Notes under the pieces: generated by a model
Told to the model about the DNA's origin: nothing
Database searches by the model: none
What the model saw: the letters and a program-made list of their open reading frames with translations, nothing else
Program-made: the position numbers and the translations under genes
Assembly: GCA_000934665.2 (NCBI GenBank)
Contig: JYFJ02000470.1
Coordinates: 108,645 to 128,644, forward strand
Source of the DNA: Catajapyx aquilonaris
Lineage: Eukaryota
Length of the DNA: 20,000 nt
Reading direction: 5' to 3'
Shown: positions 1-10,711 of the stretch, piece after piece
Layout of the letters: each line of letters starts with the position of its first letter
How positions within the stretch are numbered: the first letter of the stretch is position 1

Positions 1-29
1 AGACCCTCCCGACGCAGGTGAAAGGAAAC

Positions 30-89
30 TCCCAGGCGGGGGTCGAACCTGGGACCTTTCACACAGCAAGCCATCTCTGCCACCGCACC
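30..89 (-). mobile_element. tRNA-derived SINE head (Pol III A/B boxes), probably continuing off the left edge
   Basis: Reverse complement reads GGTGCGG-TGGCAGAGATGG (A-box-like)...AAAGGTCCCA-GGTTCGACCC (B-box)-CCGCCTGGGAG. No complete cloverleaf, so SINE or tRNA pseudogene rather than tRNA. Confidence 0.6.
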
Positions 90-97
90 TCCCCAAT

Positions 98-686
98 ATT
101 TTGTATGTTTATGTCATAGAAGTAATTTTCGCGACCCCTGAACGTTGGAATGCAATTCCTCGTCATCGTCAACATTCTGCTTTGCAAGCCATTTCTTCCT
201 GTCCATTTACAGGTGGTTATTATTGCTAGGCTCTAAATCCCGGGTGCAACCTTGCCCGGGTGATCTAACAATTCACATTTGAATATATTGTTGGGCATGG
301 TTCCAGTATACGCAAGGCACTAGGCAGACAGGCACTGTCGCGCAAGAAAACACCACGAAACTCAACGCTACGTTTGATCAATCCAAAAGGGGTACAGAAG
401 ATAAGGATGGCCATTAATAAGGAACGTATCGGTATAATATTGCCGACAGACCCTCGGACAATGCCCGTCTGCCTACTGTCTTTACGTGCTGGAACCCTGC
501 TGCAACAATTCAAGTGAGAATTGTTTGATCACTTGTGATTTGGAGCCTAGCGATTACTACCTGTCCATTGACAGAAAGAAATGGCTTGCAAAGCATAATG
601 TTGACAATGAAGAAGAATTGCAATCCAGCGTTCAGGGGTCGCGGAAATAGCTTGCGGCAGACTTCTATGACATAGGCATACAAAAT
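98..686. mobile_element. Foldback/MITE-like element with ~240-bp degenerate inverted arms
   Basis: ATTTTGTATGTTTATGTCATAGAAGT (98-123) pairs with ACTTCTATGACATAGGCATACAAAAT (661-686). CGCGACCCCTGAACG pairs with CGTTCAGGGGTCGCG, TGCTTTGCAAGCCATTTCTT with AAGAAATGGCTTGCAAAGCA, and TAGGCAGAC (321) with GTCTGCCTA (467). Spacer ~340-456. Confidence 0.85.
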
Positions 687-917
687 CGTGTGTAACTCAA
701 TGAAAAATGCCTCGATTTGGCTGGAAACTAATTTTGAAAAAAGTAGACAGTTGCCTATTTCAGATGTGTAAATAAAAATTCTGGGGTGCATTGTGGTTTT
801 TCTAATTAAAAAATGGACCTTACTTTCTGGATGCGCCTCGTAATAATAGAAATATGCTATGTTTTCATTTTTTATCCAAATAATGATGGCAAGAAATAGT
901 TCACATTAACAAAAAAT

Positions 918-1085
918 GTATTTGAAATGTATTTACGAAAGTATTTAAATACTTTTGATGTATTTAGTATTTAGTATCTAATTACTTTCTTGTGTAGTAT
1001 TTAGTATTTAGCATTTAATTACATTTTTTTGCAGTAGTTAGTATTAAGTATTTAATTACATTCAAGTATTTAGTGCCCATCCCTG
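918..1085. repeat. (AGTATTT)n-rich repeat ending in an hAT-like terminus; partial non-autonomous DNA transposon
   Basis: Many GTATTTA/AGTATTT units, then TGCCCATCCCTG (reverse complement CAGGGATGGGCA, similar to hAT-type CAGGG ends). Matching other end not found. Confidence 0.5.
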
Positions 1086-1339
1086 CCTATACGTATCTTC
1101 CAGTGGGAAATAATTCGCACTTACGCAATGAGACGAAAAAAACCATCAACTGCCAATCTTCGCGCCATTTCGAAAGTGGCGCCACCATTGCTGCCAACAG
1201 TACAATGCACCCAACAATCTTCTGTACTTTTTTTAAAAACCCCACAAAAACCTGTTACTTTTAGCACGTGCTAGAATTGAACGGCCAGGTAATCCTCTTC
1301 TGCAAAAATCCGCAGATATTTTCGCGTGTCAATTCGGCA

Positions 1340-1351
1340 GGAAGTGACGTC
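1340..1351 (+). promoter_or_regulatory. Overlapping ETS/CRE-like motif GGAAGTGACGTC upstream of PSME3
   Basis: Motif lies ~180 bp upstream of the ATG in a CpG-rich patch. Confidence 0.45.
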
Positions 1352-1520
1352 CGGCAGTGTAGTGGTGAGGACGGAAGGAGAGAGCGACGTGCTTCCTGTT
1401 GTGTGAGACACTACCACTTCTTCACACTTCTTGCAAACTACACCGCCACACTATTTCCTCCCTGCCCACACACACACACCTGCCCGACGAAGCATTTGTC
1501 CAGCGCACTCCAGAGTGGAA

Positions 1521-3496
1521 ATGGGCACCGAGCAGACCAAGAAGGTAAAGGAAATATGGTCTCTCCCTCCCCCCACACCCCTCACCCACCATTGTTGCGT
1601 CCATCAATATTTTGCTGCATTGACCATGAGGGACAAAGTTATAAGGAAAAGCTGGGGACTCAAGGTCGAGAACAATGGACATGGCCATTGGAGCAGATAG
1701 TGATGATCGCATTGTCATGTTCATGGTGCAGGTGGACACTAGTATCATGTCCAATGAATGGTTGTGGTGCGTTGGCCATGCTCATTACTTATGTTGCGGG
1801 CAGTGTCAATCAATGACATGCTCTCGAGTCGAGAGGCTGGTGCAGAGTATGACCCTTTTCATACATAATTATACGTATTAGTACATATTGTTTATAGCCA
1901 AATGACTACATTATGCGACAGTCGCAGTGCTCTCAGTAGGCAAAAAAAAAAATGGGAATTATACGTATTAGTACATATTGTTTATAGCCAAATGACTCCA
2001 TTATGCGACAGTCGCAGTGCTCTCAGTAGGCAAAAAAAAAAGGGAAATTTCACCCCATTGTTGGCGACAATAACCAAGGATAAATGCGCCATTTTTTATA
2101 TTGCGAACTGTGCGCAGGGATCATGTTACGTAACACAAAGAGGTTTAATCATAATGAGTATGCACATTCAGCTCTTAAACGATGCCAACACCTTGGAACC
2201 ACACAATGAGTTGCGATACGTAGTAGTGCGTTTGATTATTTTGTTGCTATTTTTGTCTAATGTGTGTGACTCTTTTCAGGTTCAAGAGTATAAGGAGAAA
2301 GTAAAGAAACAGGTACTGTGTACATTTTATCCACCCTACTGTAGCAAATGACCTCTAGGTTTCGCAACTGATGCTATTTTTTACTCACAGTTTATTGCAC
2401 TGCGACATGTGTTTGCTAAGAGTGTTTGGAAAATTGGCATGCATAGCTGCTTCATTTCTTCCCTTGCTCTCCTGTGTAGAGGCAGAAGTCATGGCCCCCC
2501 TCTCTTCTTCCTTTTTTGAACAGGCAGAAGACTTGGTCCTCAAGACATTCCCTCAGAAGATACTTGACCTGAACACCTTGCTGGAGACTGAGCAATTCAA
2601 CAGGGCGGAACTTTCCACAATTCACCAGTCACTGAACATACCCATTCCTGATCCAGTTGTGTTCAACAGGTTAGTAATTGAAATTAAGAAATTACGCAAG
2701 TGAAATTAGCATGTACGCTTCAACACAATGGTGTTATTCGCATGAATGTATACATACAGTGAATTGAATGTGCTTGACCTGACTAATTGTTTTTTTTTAC
2801 CCGTTTATCTTGCAGCCATGATGACCAACCTACACCCAAGAAGCGGAAGGTGACAAACTGTGATGATGTCACTGGTACGAAAGTAATGGCCCTACTGTCT
2901 GGAGGAGTTGGGTGCAACAAGAAGATCTCCGACTTGCTTCTGCTGGTCAAGCCTTACATACGACAGCTGGTTGAGGACACTAATGTGGTTAGAAAACAGT
3001 TTTCTTTGTTGGCCAAGTAACATGCCAATACCATCTTTTACGTGGATCGTATGTCTTCACAGCTCAAGATGTGGGTGTCTTACCTCATTCCCAAAATTGA
3101 AGACGGCAACAACTTTGGAGTATCAATCCAAGAGGACACCCTGGCGGAAATCCGCACTGTGGAAGCTGAAGCTGCAGCCTTCTTTGATCAGATCTCTCGG
3201 TACTTCATTACTCGTGGGAAGATCATTTCTAAGGTAGTTTTCCACCAAGTGGTAACAGCCAGTTTCTAATTTACATGTCTCTTTAATTTTGTTGTTTTTC
3301 TTGCCAGGTGGCCAAGTACCCTCACATTGATGATTACCGCAGGACTGTTGAAGAGCTGGATGAGAAGGAGTACATGAGTTTGAAACTAGTTGTGTGCGAG
3401 ATTCGCAATCACTACTCAACTTTGCACGACATAATCACCAAAAACCTCGAGAAGATCAAGCGGCCTCGCTCGTCCAATACTGAAAATCTCTACTGA
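1521..3496 (+). CDS. PSME3: Proteasome activator PA28-gamma/REG-gamma, 6 coding exons, ~244 aa
   Basis: Exons 1521-1544, 2280-2312, 2524-2669, 2816-2987, 3063-3233, 3308-3496, all GT-AG and in frame (735 nt). Motifs AEDLV..FPQKI, NIPIPDP, NLS-like PKKRK, LKMW..LIPKIEDGNNFGVSIQE, VAKYPH.DDYRR and C-terminal NLEKIKRPRSSNTENLY. Confidence 0.96.
1867..2044. repeat. Near-perfect 90-bp tandem duplication in PSME3 intron 1
   Basis: AATTATACGTATTAGTACATATTG...CTCAGTAGGC(A)n occurs at 1867 and 1957, differing by one substitution (GACTACA vs GACTCCA) plus the A-run end. Confidence 0.95.
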
Positions 3497-4254
3497 ACAC
3501 ACCCCATTTAAACTTATTATTTTGTCTGGTCGTCTCCCATCTTCCCACAAAAACACCACATGAACTTATTGTTTGTTTTTTCTCCCGCCGCAAGTTTCTG
3601 AAATGCTGAAATGAATGTTTGCATAATATGTTTAATTTATGAAGATTCTTTTTTTTGGTATTTGATTAGTTTGACATTCATCGGTTCTGATCACCTATAA
3701 ATCCAACAGGACAGTTACTGAAACTGATGTGATCCCAAGGAATGATGAACAAGGATGGGAAACATTGACTGAGTTGTTTTTTAAAAGCCACCATTTAATT
3801 ACTGTAATATTAACTGTGCAGACTGCCAATTTTTGTGTTTGGTGTCTGTATAATAATCATTTGTGTGATAAACCGCAAGGATTCCAAGGAGACCCCCCTG
3901 CTATGACAAATGCACTTCCCAAAAGTGACTCGTCCCTTCTATGTTGAAAACAAAAATATTTGTGACTATTTCCGTTGTAACAATGATGCATTTTGTCCCT
4001 TTATTGATGCAGGTTCAAGTCCACTCTTTTGTGTTGTTGTTTTTCTAGACGTGTATGCAGGAAAGTGTGGAAGTGAAGCTCACGAAGTAAAATGTGTTTA
4101 GAGAATTTGCATGTTGTTTTTTTTAATATACTTGGCTCCTACTAGGGTGTTTTTCATGCAAATGAAAAATGGTGTGTCGTATCGATCGGGTACTACCCGT
4201 ATCTCTGTGCGATACCTGAGTTGACTATTTCCAATCGCTGGAGGAGTAAGCAAG

Positions 4255-5757
4255 ATGGCGGATTCTGAGCGGACGACGATGTCTGCGTCGTCGTCGTCGT
4301 CTTCGTCGTCTCAGGAGCCCACGACGACGGGCGACGCTGGTTGCCAGCAGCAGCAGCAGCAGGGGCAGACCCCGCTGCGATCCCTGCACATGGCCACTGA
4401 GGAATCCAACAAGGCCCCTCCACTGCGGGACAGGACGTACACCATGGACATGGAGGATGACAGGGTAATAATTGCATTTGCGCACAATATGCCGAGTGAT
4501 TGCCATCGAAAGGGGACCTTTAATACCGGCTTGAAATTGGAAGCCTAACTATAATAAAAATAACTAGTGAAAATAACCACAATAAAAATAACCAGTGAAA
4601 ATAACCGTAATAAAAATAATTAGTGAAAACAGGTGAAAATAACTAGCCTATAATAACATTACTGCTGAAATAACTAATAAAAATGACTACAAGAAAATAA
4701 CTATAATAAAAGTAACCTTTTTTTTCTAGATGCAAGTGATGACTGGCTCCTATTCAGAAATTTTTGAGTCGGACTCCTCTTCATCACACAATCCTTTTCT
4801 GCCGTGTGATGCATGCCATATCCCAGGACCAAAGAAGACTACAGCGGGCATTAAAGGGCAGGTGTCCAAAAGACCGGACACGCTCCCCTTGGATGAGGAA
4901 TCGGAGGAGTCGCGGATCCATCGCTCTTTCGGGGCGTTGGGATTAGAAGGGACGGTCTCGCAAGAGGGGGATATGGTTGTGTTTGTGGCGGAGGATTTGG
5001 AGAATAAGATCCGACTGTCCAGTCCAGATTCGTCGACTGCTGGAAAAGCAGTTCTTGGATCAGGAGTGAAGACGAGCTCAACAGCCAGTCTGTACAGACA
5101 GGCCTTGCAGCCCAGCCTGCCCTCACTTGATCCAAATGTGCTCAATGATCTGGAAATGGAGGCCAGGAGGGTAGCAACCTCGGTGGACACGCTTATTGAA
5201 AACCTGTCTGGAATACTGCATAGCGTGAGTTGAGAGTTGGAAAGCACAAAGAACAAGTGTTTCTTGTGGTGGGGGTTTATTGCTCATAATTCTGATGTAT
5301 TTTCAGGTGTCAGCATTGACAGTGGATTGCTTGGAAGCATACCGTGATGCAGTTTGCAAGACATGTGACTCGGTTGACTCAAACATTAAAGCCATGTACC
5401 AACTGATGGCCAAATGTGAAGAGCTGAGCAAGACTATGAAACCTGTCTACAAGGTCTCGGAACAAATGTATCCTTTTCTAAAGCCTGATTTTGAAAGAGT
5501 GTATTATTAGTGTTAGTTTTTTGGCTTGTTTTTGGCAAACATGCAGCAGGCATCATGATTCTGGTAATATATGGCAGTTATTCTAGATTTATCATTATGA
5601 ATCGAAATTTTAAAATGGTTTTCATAAGATGGTTATAAAACGCTGAGGATGAATATATATTTAAAGTTATGACATTTGGTTCCAGTAATATTTGTTCCTT
5701 AATTTTCTTCCCAGAAAAGAAATCAAGAGGCTTCTGGATCTTCTAGAAAATATGTGA
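4255..5757 (+). CDS. BORCS6: BLOC-1-related complex subunit 6 (lyspersin), 4 coding exons, ~302 aa
   Basis: Exons 4255-4464, 4730-5224, 5307-5467, 5715-5757 join in frame (909 nt). Motifs GDMVVFVAEDLENKIRLSS, LDPNVLNDLE.EARRVATSVD.L, VCKTCDSVDSNIKAMYQLMAKCEEL and C-terminal IKEIKRLLDLLE. Low-complexity N-terminus with poly-Ser (TCG)n and (CAG)6 at 4345-4362. Confidence 0.88.
4547..4717. repeat. A-rich degenerate minisatellite (~14-bp AAAATAAC-core units) filling most of BORCS6 intron 1
   Basis: Repeated AAAATAACTAGTG / AAAATAACCAGTG / AAAATAACCGTAAT / AAAATAACTATAAT. Confidence 0.8.
5468..5714 (+). other. U12-type (minor spliceosome) GT-AG intron, BORCS6 intron 3
   Basis: 5' splice site GTATCCTTTT (5468-5477). 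Branch site TTCCTTAAT (5695-5703), with the branch A 12-13 nt before the CAG ending at 5714. Splicing restores ...SEQ-I-KEIKRLLDLLENM*. Confidence 0.92.
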
Positions 5758-6405
5758 AGACTAGTCCATGCACACTGTATAAATAATTCCAAAGTGCTCA
5801 TGTCTGTATCTCCATAATTATGTGTTTATGTGATTGACTGTTGTATATAGTGTCCTTGTGCAGTGGTGAAGCACACCTTCTGCCAGGGAAGGCAGAATCA
5901 ATTGAGAGTGCTTGCTCATTGCTCTGGAGAGCAACGATCTCGATATCACCTGTGCATCCACATTGCTTTGCTTATCGGCTATCATTGGAACATATCTTAC
6001 TTTTGAGCAGCTCCTTCATTGTAATCTTATAACAATGTATCTATGCAGAATCAGGTCCACAGACCAGTCTTCTTATAAGCATACAGTGCCATAGAGAGCG
6101 GCTCGGCTGTAAGAAGTTGCATGAGTATACCGGGACAATACTTCTCCCACTTATTCCTACAACCCAATAAGCTCTTCCCAATCTTCCCTCATGTAACTAC
6201 TTATTCAACAGCTCTCTATTTTTTCAAGGATCAGTTTGTAGTGTCCCCTCATGTAATCCTGCCTTACCTTGGAAGAAGGTCCACTCCCCCACTATGCCCT
6301 TGTAATGCCTCATGTATAGTACGGGATTTATTTTGCACTGTGATAAAAGCATTATTGTTGATACATGACCGCTGGACTTTTCATTTTAAAAGGAATAACC
6401 CATAA

Positions 6406-6638
6406 TAATTGAATTTACAGTCCCAACGCCTACATCGTAAACCGCAAAACATTAAAAGAGCATCATTGGAGAGTGTCCCATGGAACATCAATTTTTAATG
6501 CTCTTGTGATGTTTCTTTGTTGCTAAAAAGCATCACAAGAGCATTGAAAATTGATGTTCCATGGGAGAGACTCACCATTGATGCTCTTTTAATGTTTTGC
6601 GGATTACAGTGTAAGCGTTGAGACTGTAAATTCAATTA
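6406..6638. mobile_element. Palindromic MITE (~110-bp arms, very short loop, TA at both ends)
   Basis: TAATTGAATTTACAGTC pairs with GACTGTAAATTCAATTA, CCGCAAAACATTAAAAGAGCATCA with TGATGCTCTTTTAATGTTTTGCGG, CCCATGGAACATCAATTTT with AAAATTGATGTTCCATGGG, and AATGCTCTTGTGATG with CATCACAAGAGCATT. Confidence 0.9.
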
Positions 6639-7019
6639 AATCCACCCCCTACCGGCCAACCAATCAGGATTCAATTTCAAAGGAGATGGACGTGATGTTC
6701 TAAAATCTCAAGAATGATATGAGTTTGTTTACACTTATGCAATTGGTAACCCAGCAGATGGGAAATATTTATTTCCCCTCCAATCATTCTAAATTCCCTA
6801 CAAAAAAAACTCAGCAGGGGGCAGGGCTAATTATGGTGGCCAAGGACACAAGCCACCTCCCAAAACGCATAAGTTATCTTACCCCTACTGTAGTGAACTC
6901 GTCTCTAAAACTTGGCAACACTGCCCAGCCCACTTCCCACTAGTAGACATCGTACAATATACCACAACCAGAAGGCACGCATACGTCTCTCTGTGTGGTA
7001 ACTACATGCACCTAGGTGA

Positions 7020-7362
7020 TGAGTCACCGCATGTGGGGACAAAGTCATGCATAGCCAATTCTATACGGTGGACAACAATAATATTATTCCAATCCCCGCC
7101 GTTGACGTCATCGGCTAATCCCCGCCCTTTCTTAATAAGCCCCGCCCCCTCAGTCCCCCCCCCCCTTTCCGCCCCGTCCCCCACACAATCTGGCAACGTC
7201 GCCACTGTTCTACGAGAGAGAGAGAACGTCGTCAGCAGCATACTTGTCGAGCTGTTTTGCATCGGACGGAACGAATGTCGTCTGGCTGACTAGGACTGGA
7301 AGGAGGACCAAGTAGGGATACACGCAGCTGCTGAACTCTGACCCGGCTGGAGGCGTAAAGAG
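7020..7362 (+). promoter_or_regulatory. Probable TMBIM4 promoter and non-coding first exon
   Basis: AP-1-like TGAGTCA (7020), CCAAT (7055), CRE TGACGTCA (7103-7110), GC boxes CCCCGCC (7094, 7120, 7140), CpG-rich. Candidate donor AG|GTGAGG at 7363; acceptor TTTTCCAG ends at 8268, just before the ATG. Confidence 0.55.
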
Positions 7363-8279
7363 GTGAGGTTGGGTGCGTGCGTGCGTGTGTGGCAGACGAT
7401 AACACAACCACCGCCTTGCGTAAATAGGTCGGAACATTCCATGGGCTCAGAAAGGGAGGAAAAGGACACTGCAGGAAGTGGTGTCACCTGATTTTTATGA
7501 CGTGTTGCTAATAATTGGCATTGCCGTACTTTGGATTGTCTATTGGTGGCTGCGGAACATGGAAGTTGCAGCGGCATATGCCCGTACTGGTCGCTTCATG
7601 ACACCTGCTAACAGCGTGCGGATGATCAGTCACCTCACATATTGCGTTAAGAAAATGTATGTTTTATCGGTGACATTCAGTCAATCTTAACAATGAGCTG
7701 TAAAAGTAGGTTCATTGCGTCGTGAACTGGAATGGGGCCTTCTGAGGTGACCAAATGCAATTAACCATTAAAAAAAAAACCTTTTCAAGAGGGTGTGGGC
7801 CACATTTTTTAAGCTTATTATTCTCGTGATCATACATATCAGTTAAAAAGCATATTTACTCGTGATTCAGTTGATACACGCAGACAAGATCGTAACAGTG
7901 ATTATTTTTTTCATTCAGTCAACCAACCGGCACAAGGAATGGGTGTTGCATGGCGTCTAACAAGTAGTGACATATGGCTCTGAGATTACAGCCAAGGTGA
8001 AATAAATAACATTTCACTTGAAAAATTGCACAATTATGTCAGTTTATTGAAATGCAGAATCAAATGATATGTGAACCATTTTAGTGTTGCTAAATATCCT
8101 TGCAGAGAATGCTTATGAATTGACAACCAGTGTTATAATAATTTTATGATTGGTCGTTATTCTTAGTGCGACAAATGTCCATTTTGTGAAGAGCTAAACC
8201 TCACCAAAGAGTTGCATTACACTGACTTGTCATCATTCGAGACTACTGATTAACCCAACATTTTCCAGGCTGACCAAAA

Positions 8280-10070
8280 ATGGCCTCTGCACCACTAATG
8301 TCATTTCCCGGTGATGTGGAGAGCGAGCAGTCACTTGAAGATGACTTCTGCTACAAGAACAATGTTGCCCAAGCCCACATCTACATACGTATGGGTGAGT
8401 AAGTAACAAGCGTCCGTGCATAGGGCAATGTAAATGAAGCTGCTTTTTATGCGTTGCAGGATTCCTGAGGAAAGTGTATGGGCTATTGTCTGTTCAGCTG
8501 GCATTTACTTGCATCATTGCAGCTGTTGGATTGTTCATACCAGAGGTTCGCCTGTTTGTTCACAACAAGTAAGTTGTAAGCCATTGTAAGCATCTCAAAT
8601 AAAATTGCTGTGCTTAGATTGCTCCTACGTCTCTGGCTGCCTCCTGCTCTCTGAAATAGAACGGTCAGTCTAAGGTGTGGGAGGTGATGAACTAAATGAT
8701 GAGAATTTTCCGGTTCCTAAATTCTTCCATGTGCTGCCCATGATAAACACCTAGGCCAGTTTTACAACTGGATTCTCCTGGATTGGTTGCATTGTTTTTC
8801 ATGATATAATCAAGTCTATCTCTTGTGCACCAATGATTTGTAATTTACAAGCAGCTGTGGATTATGTGGCTATAAATTAATGCTGACACCTTGTTTCAGT
8901 GACTGGATGATATCGGTAGCATTTGTGCTATCAATTGTCATCTTGCTTGCCCTCCATGTGAAGCGTAGGGAAACTCCTACGAACTTCATTCTTCTAGCAG
9001 CTTTTGTGAGTATTAATATTAGCGGCTGTTTGGTCTATCAAGAACTTGGAAACATTTTTATGCATTGGTTTTATTGACTTTTTCAGACGGTGGTTCAAGC
9101 ATATTCTGTTGCTGTGATAGCCACTTACTATGACCAGCTCACAGTTCTGCAAGCATTCGTCCTCACTTTTGCTGTCACTGCTGGACTCACAGCATACACA
9201 TTTCAGACCAAACGGGACTTCAGCACCATGGGCGCCTCGTACGTATACATTTAAGTCCGAGACATGCTTATAAGTCCCTATGTTAAGTTGTTGTTTGTGA
9301 TTTTAACGATCATGAGAACAGTCGAGGTTGATATTAAAGGTGCGTTTTCATGTGAACGATTTGATATGCGAAATCTTCGCAGAGGCTGAGTAACCCAAGT
9401 AACCAATATTGTTTGAGGTGAAAATCAATTGTTAATTTCAGCCTCGGGGAAGATGTTGCTCCGCTTCACTCGTCAAATCGCTCACATGTAAACGCACCTT
9501 AAATGTTGAAAAGTTGTACAATAGGTAGCAATCATTCTGTTTAAAATAATGCATTTAAAGATGTGTAACACGTGCGAACATCACAAGGGGCAACACTAGC
9601 TTGAAACATTACCATTCCTGGGCTGAGTGCATTATACCTAAGAATTCCCAGTAGGGAAATTCAGTATTTTTTAAAGGAATGCAAGAGAAGGATGCGTATG
9701 AGTGAGTATGCCTGTAATGAGTCACTGAAATTTATATGGTTTTCAGGTTGTTTGCGATGGTGCTCATGCTGCTTGTTGCCGGTGTGCTGCAAGTTTTCAT
9801 CGCCAGTACTGCACTGGAAATCCTTATTTCACTGGGAGGCGCAGCAGTGTTTTCATTGTTCATCATTTTTGATACACAGGTAGGTTGGCATAGGCTGCAA
9901 CAGGTACTATTACATGATCGGTGCAATTACTCAACATTCTTCCCTTGCAGATGATAATGAAGCACATATCTCCTGAGGAGTACATCTTGGCAACCATCAA
10001 CCTGTACTTGGATATTCTCAATCTGTTCCTCTACATTCTGAGGGCACTGGAAGCAGTCCGCTCTCACTAA
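8280..10070 (+). CDS. TMBIM4: Bax inhibitor-1 family membrane protein Lifeguard-4/GAAP, 6 coding exons, ~244 aa
   Basis: Exons 8280-8394, 8460-8568, 8900-9005, 9087-9238, 9747-9879, 9951-10070 in frame (735 nt). Motifs LEDDF.Y..NVA.A....[47 protein letters not shown] and [27 protein letters not shown] at 10317. Confidence 0.93.
9338..9499. mobile_element. PIF/Harbinger (Tourist-like) MITE in a TMBIM4 intron
   Basis: TIRs AGGTGCGTTTTCATGTGAACGATTTGA and TCAAATCGCTCACATGTAAACGCACCT, flanked by TAA at 9335-9337 and 9500-9502. Confidence 0.8.
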
Positions 10071-10711
10071 TACACATGTAACCACCCTATTGCGTTTGCA
10101 CACTTCACCTATCCTGCTCTAGCCTTCCTCACATGCTTTCATCAGATGACAAAACATATATGCACAAATGCCGTGCACCCTGAAAAAAACTATGGCAGAG
10201 TACATTATATCCATTTTGCTGACTGCGGCCACACCATTTTCAAGTCACTGTGGCAGTATGAAGATACTACCTGTTATTAGCGACATGTATAGCATTTATA
10301 ATACATCGCCAATGAAAATAAATCTGTAAAGTACCACACCCACTTTCTTTATTTGGATTTCAATTGGTTTGGTTCATTTGGACCAATTCGGACATTTTTG
10401 GAGGAGCTTAAGGTTCTTAACTATAGGTATATAAAAAAAGTTTGTGGATAGTGGGAATAAAATAGGGGAGGAAAATATCTGTGAATTTTACTGTGTACTT
10501 GGGAGCATGCTTGGGAGGGGGGAAAATCGCCTTTTCCCATTCTCACTCCATTCAAATAGATTCAAATGCTGATGATAGTATCGACAAACGATGCGGCTTT
10601 GTACTACCAGCATCTTCCACCGGCGCCGATCGTTGAAGCGACGTCTCTCTCTCAACAAAACATCGGGCGTCCCTCTCGGTGCATCGGCGTCGTTGCAAGT
10701 ACTGCGGAAAG

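Noticed and set aside
30..89. Functional tRNA gene
   Set aside because: A and B boxes are present but there is no convincing acceptor or anticodon stem; better explained as a SINE head.
265..1264. ORFs 265-513, 510-791 and 1073-1264
   Set aside because: They lie in inverted-repeat or promoter DNA and have no recognisable motifs.
1700..1830. C/D snoRNA candidate in PSME3 intron 1 (GTGATGA at 1700)
   Set aside because: No CTGA D box or terminal stem at a plausible distance.
3742..3772. ATGATGA...CTGA downstream of PSME3
   Set aside because: Only ~30 nt, too short for a C/D snoRNA, and not intronic.
4750..5256. 168-aa antisense ORF
   Set aside because: Shadow of BORCS6 exon 2.
6187..6316. 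CRISPR-like array
   Set aside because: The repeat is only 9 bp in three copies, the context is eukaryotic and no cas genes are present.
8684..8890. C/D snoRNA candidate in a TMBIM4 intron (GTGATGA, ATGATGA)
   Set aside because: The nearest downstream CTGA is ~190 nt away and is the branch-point CTGAC.
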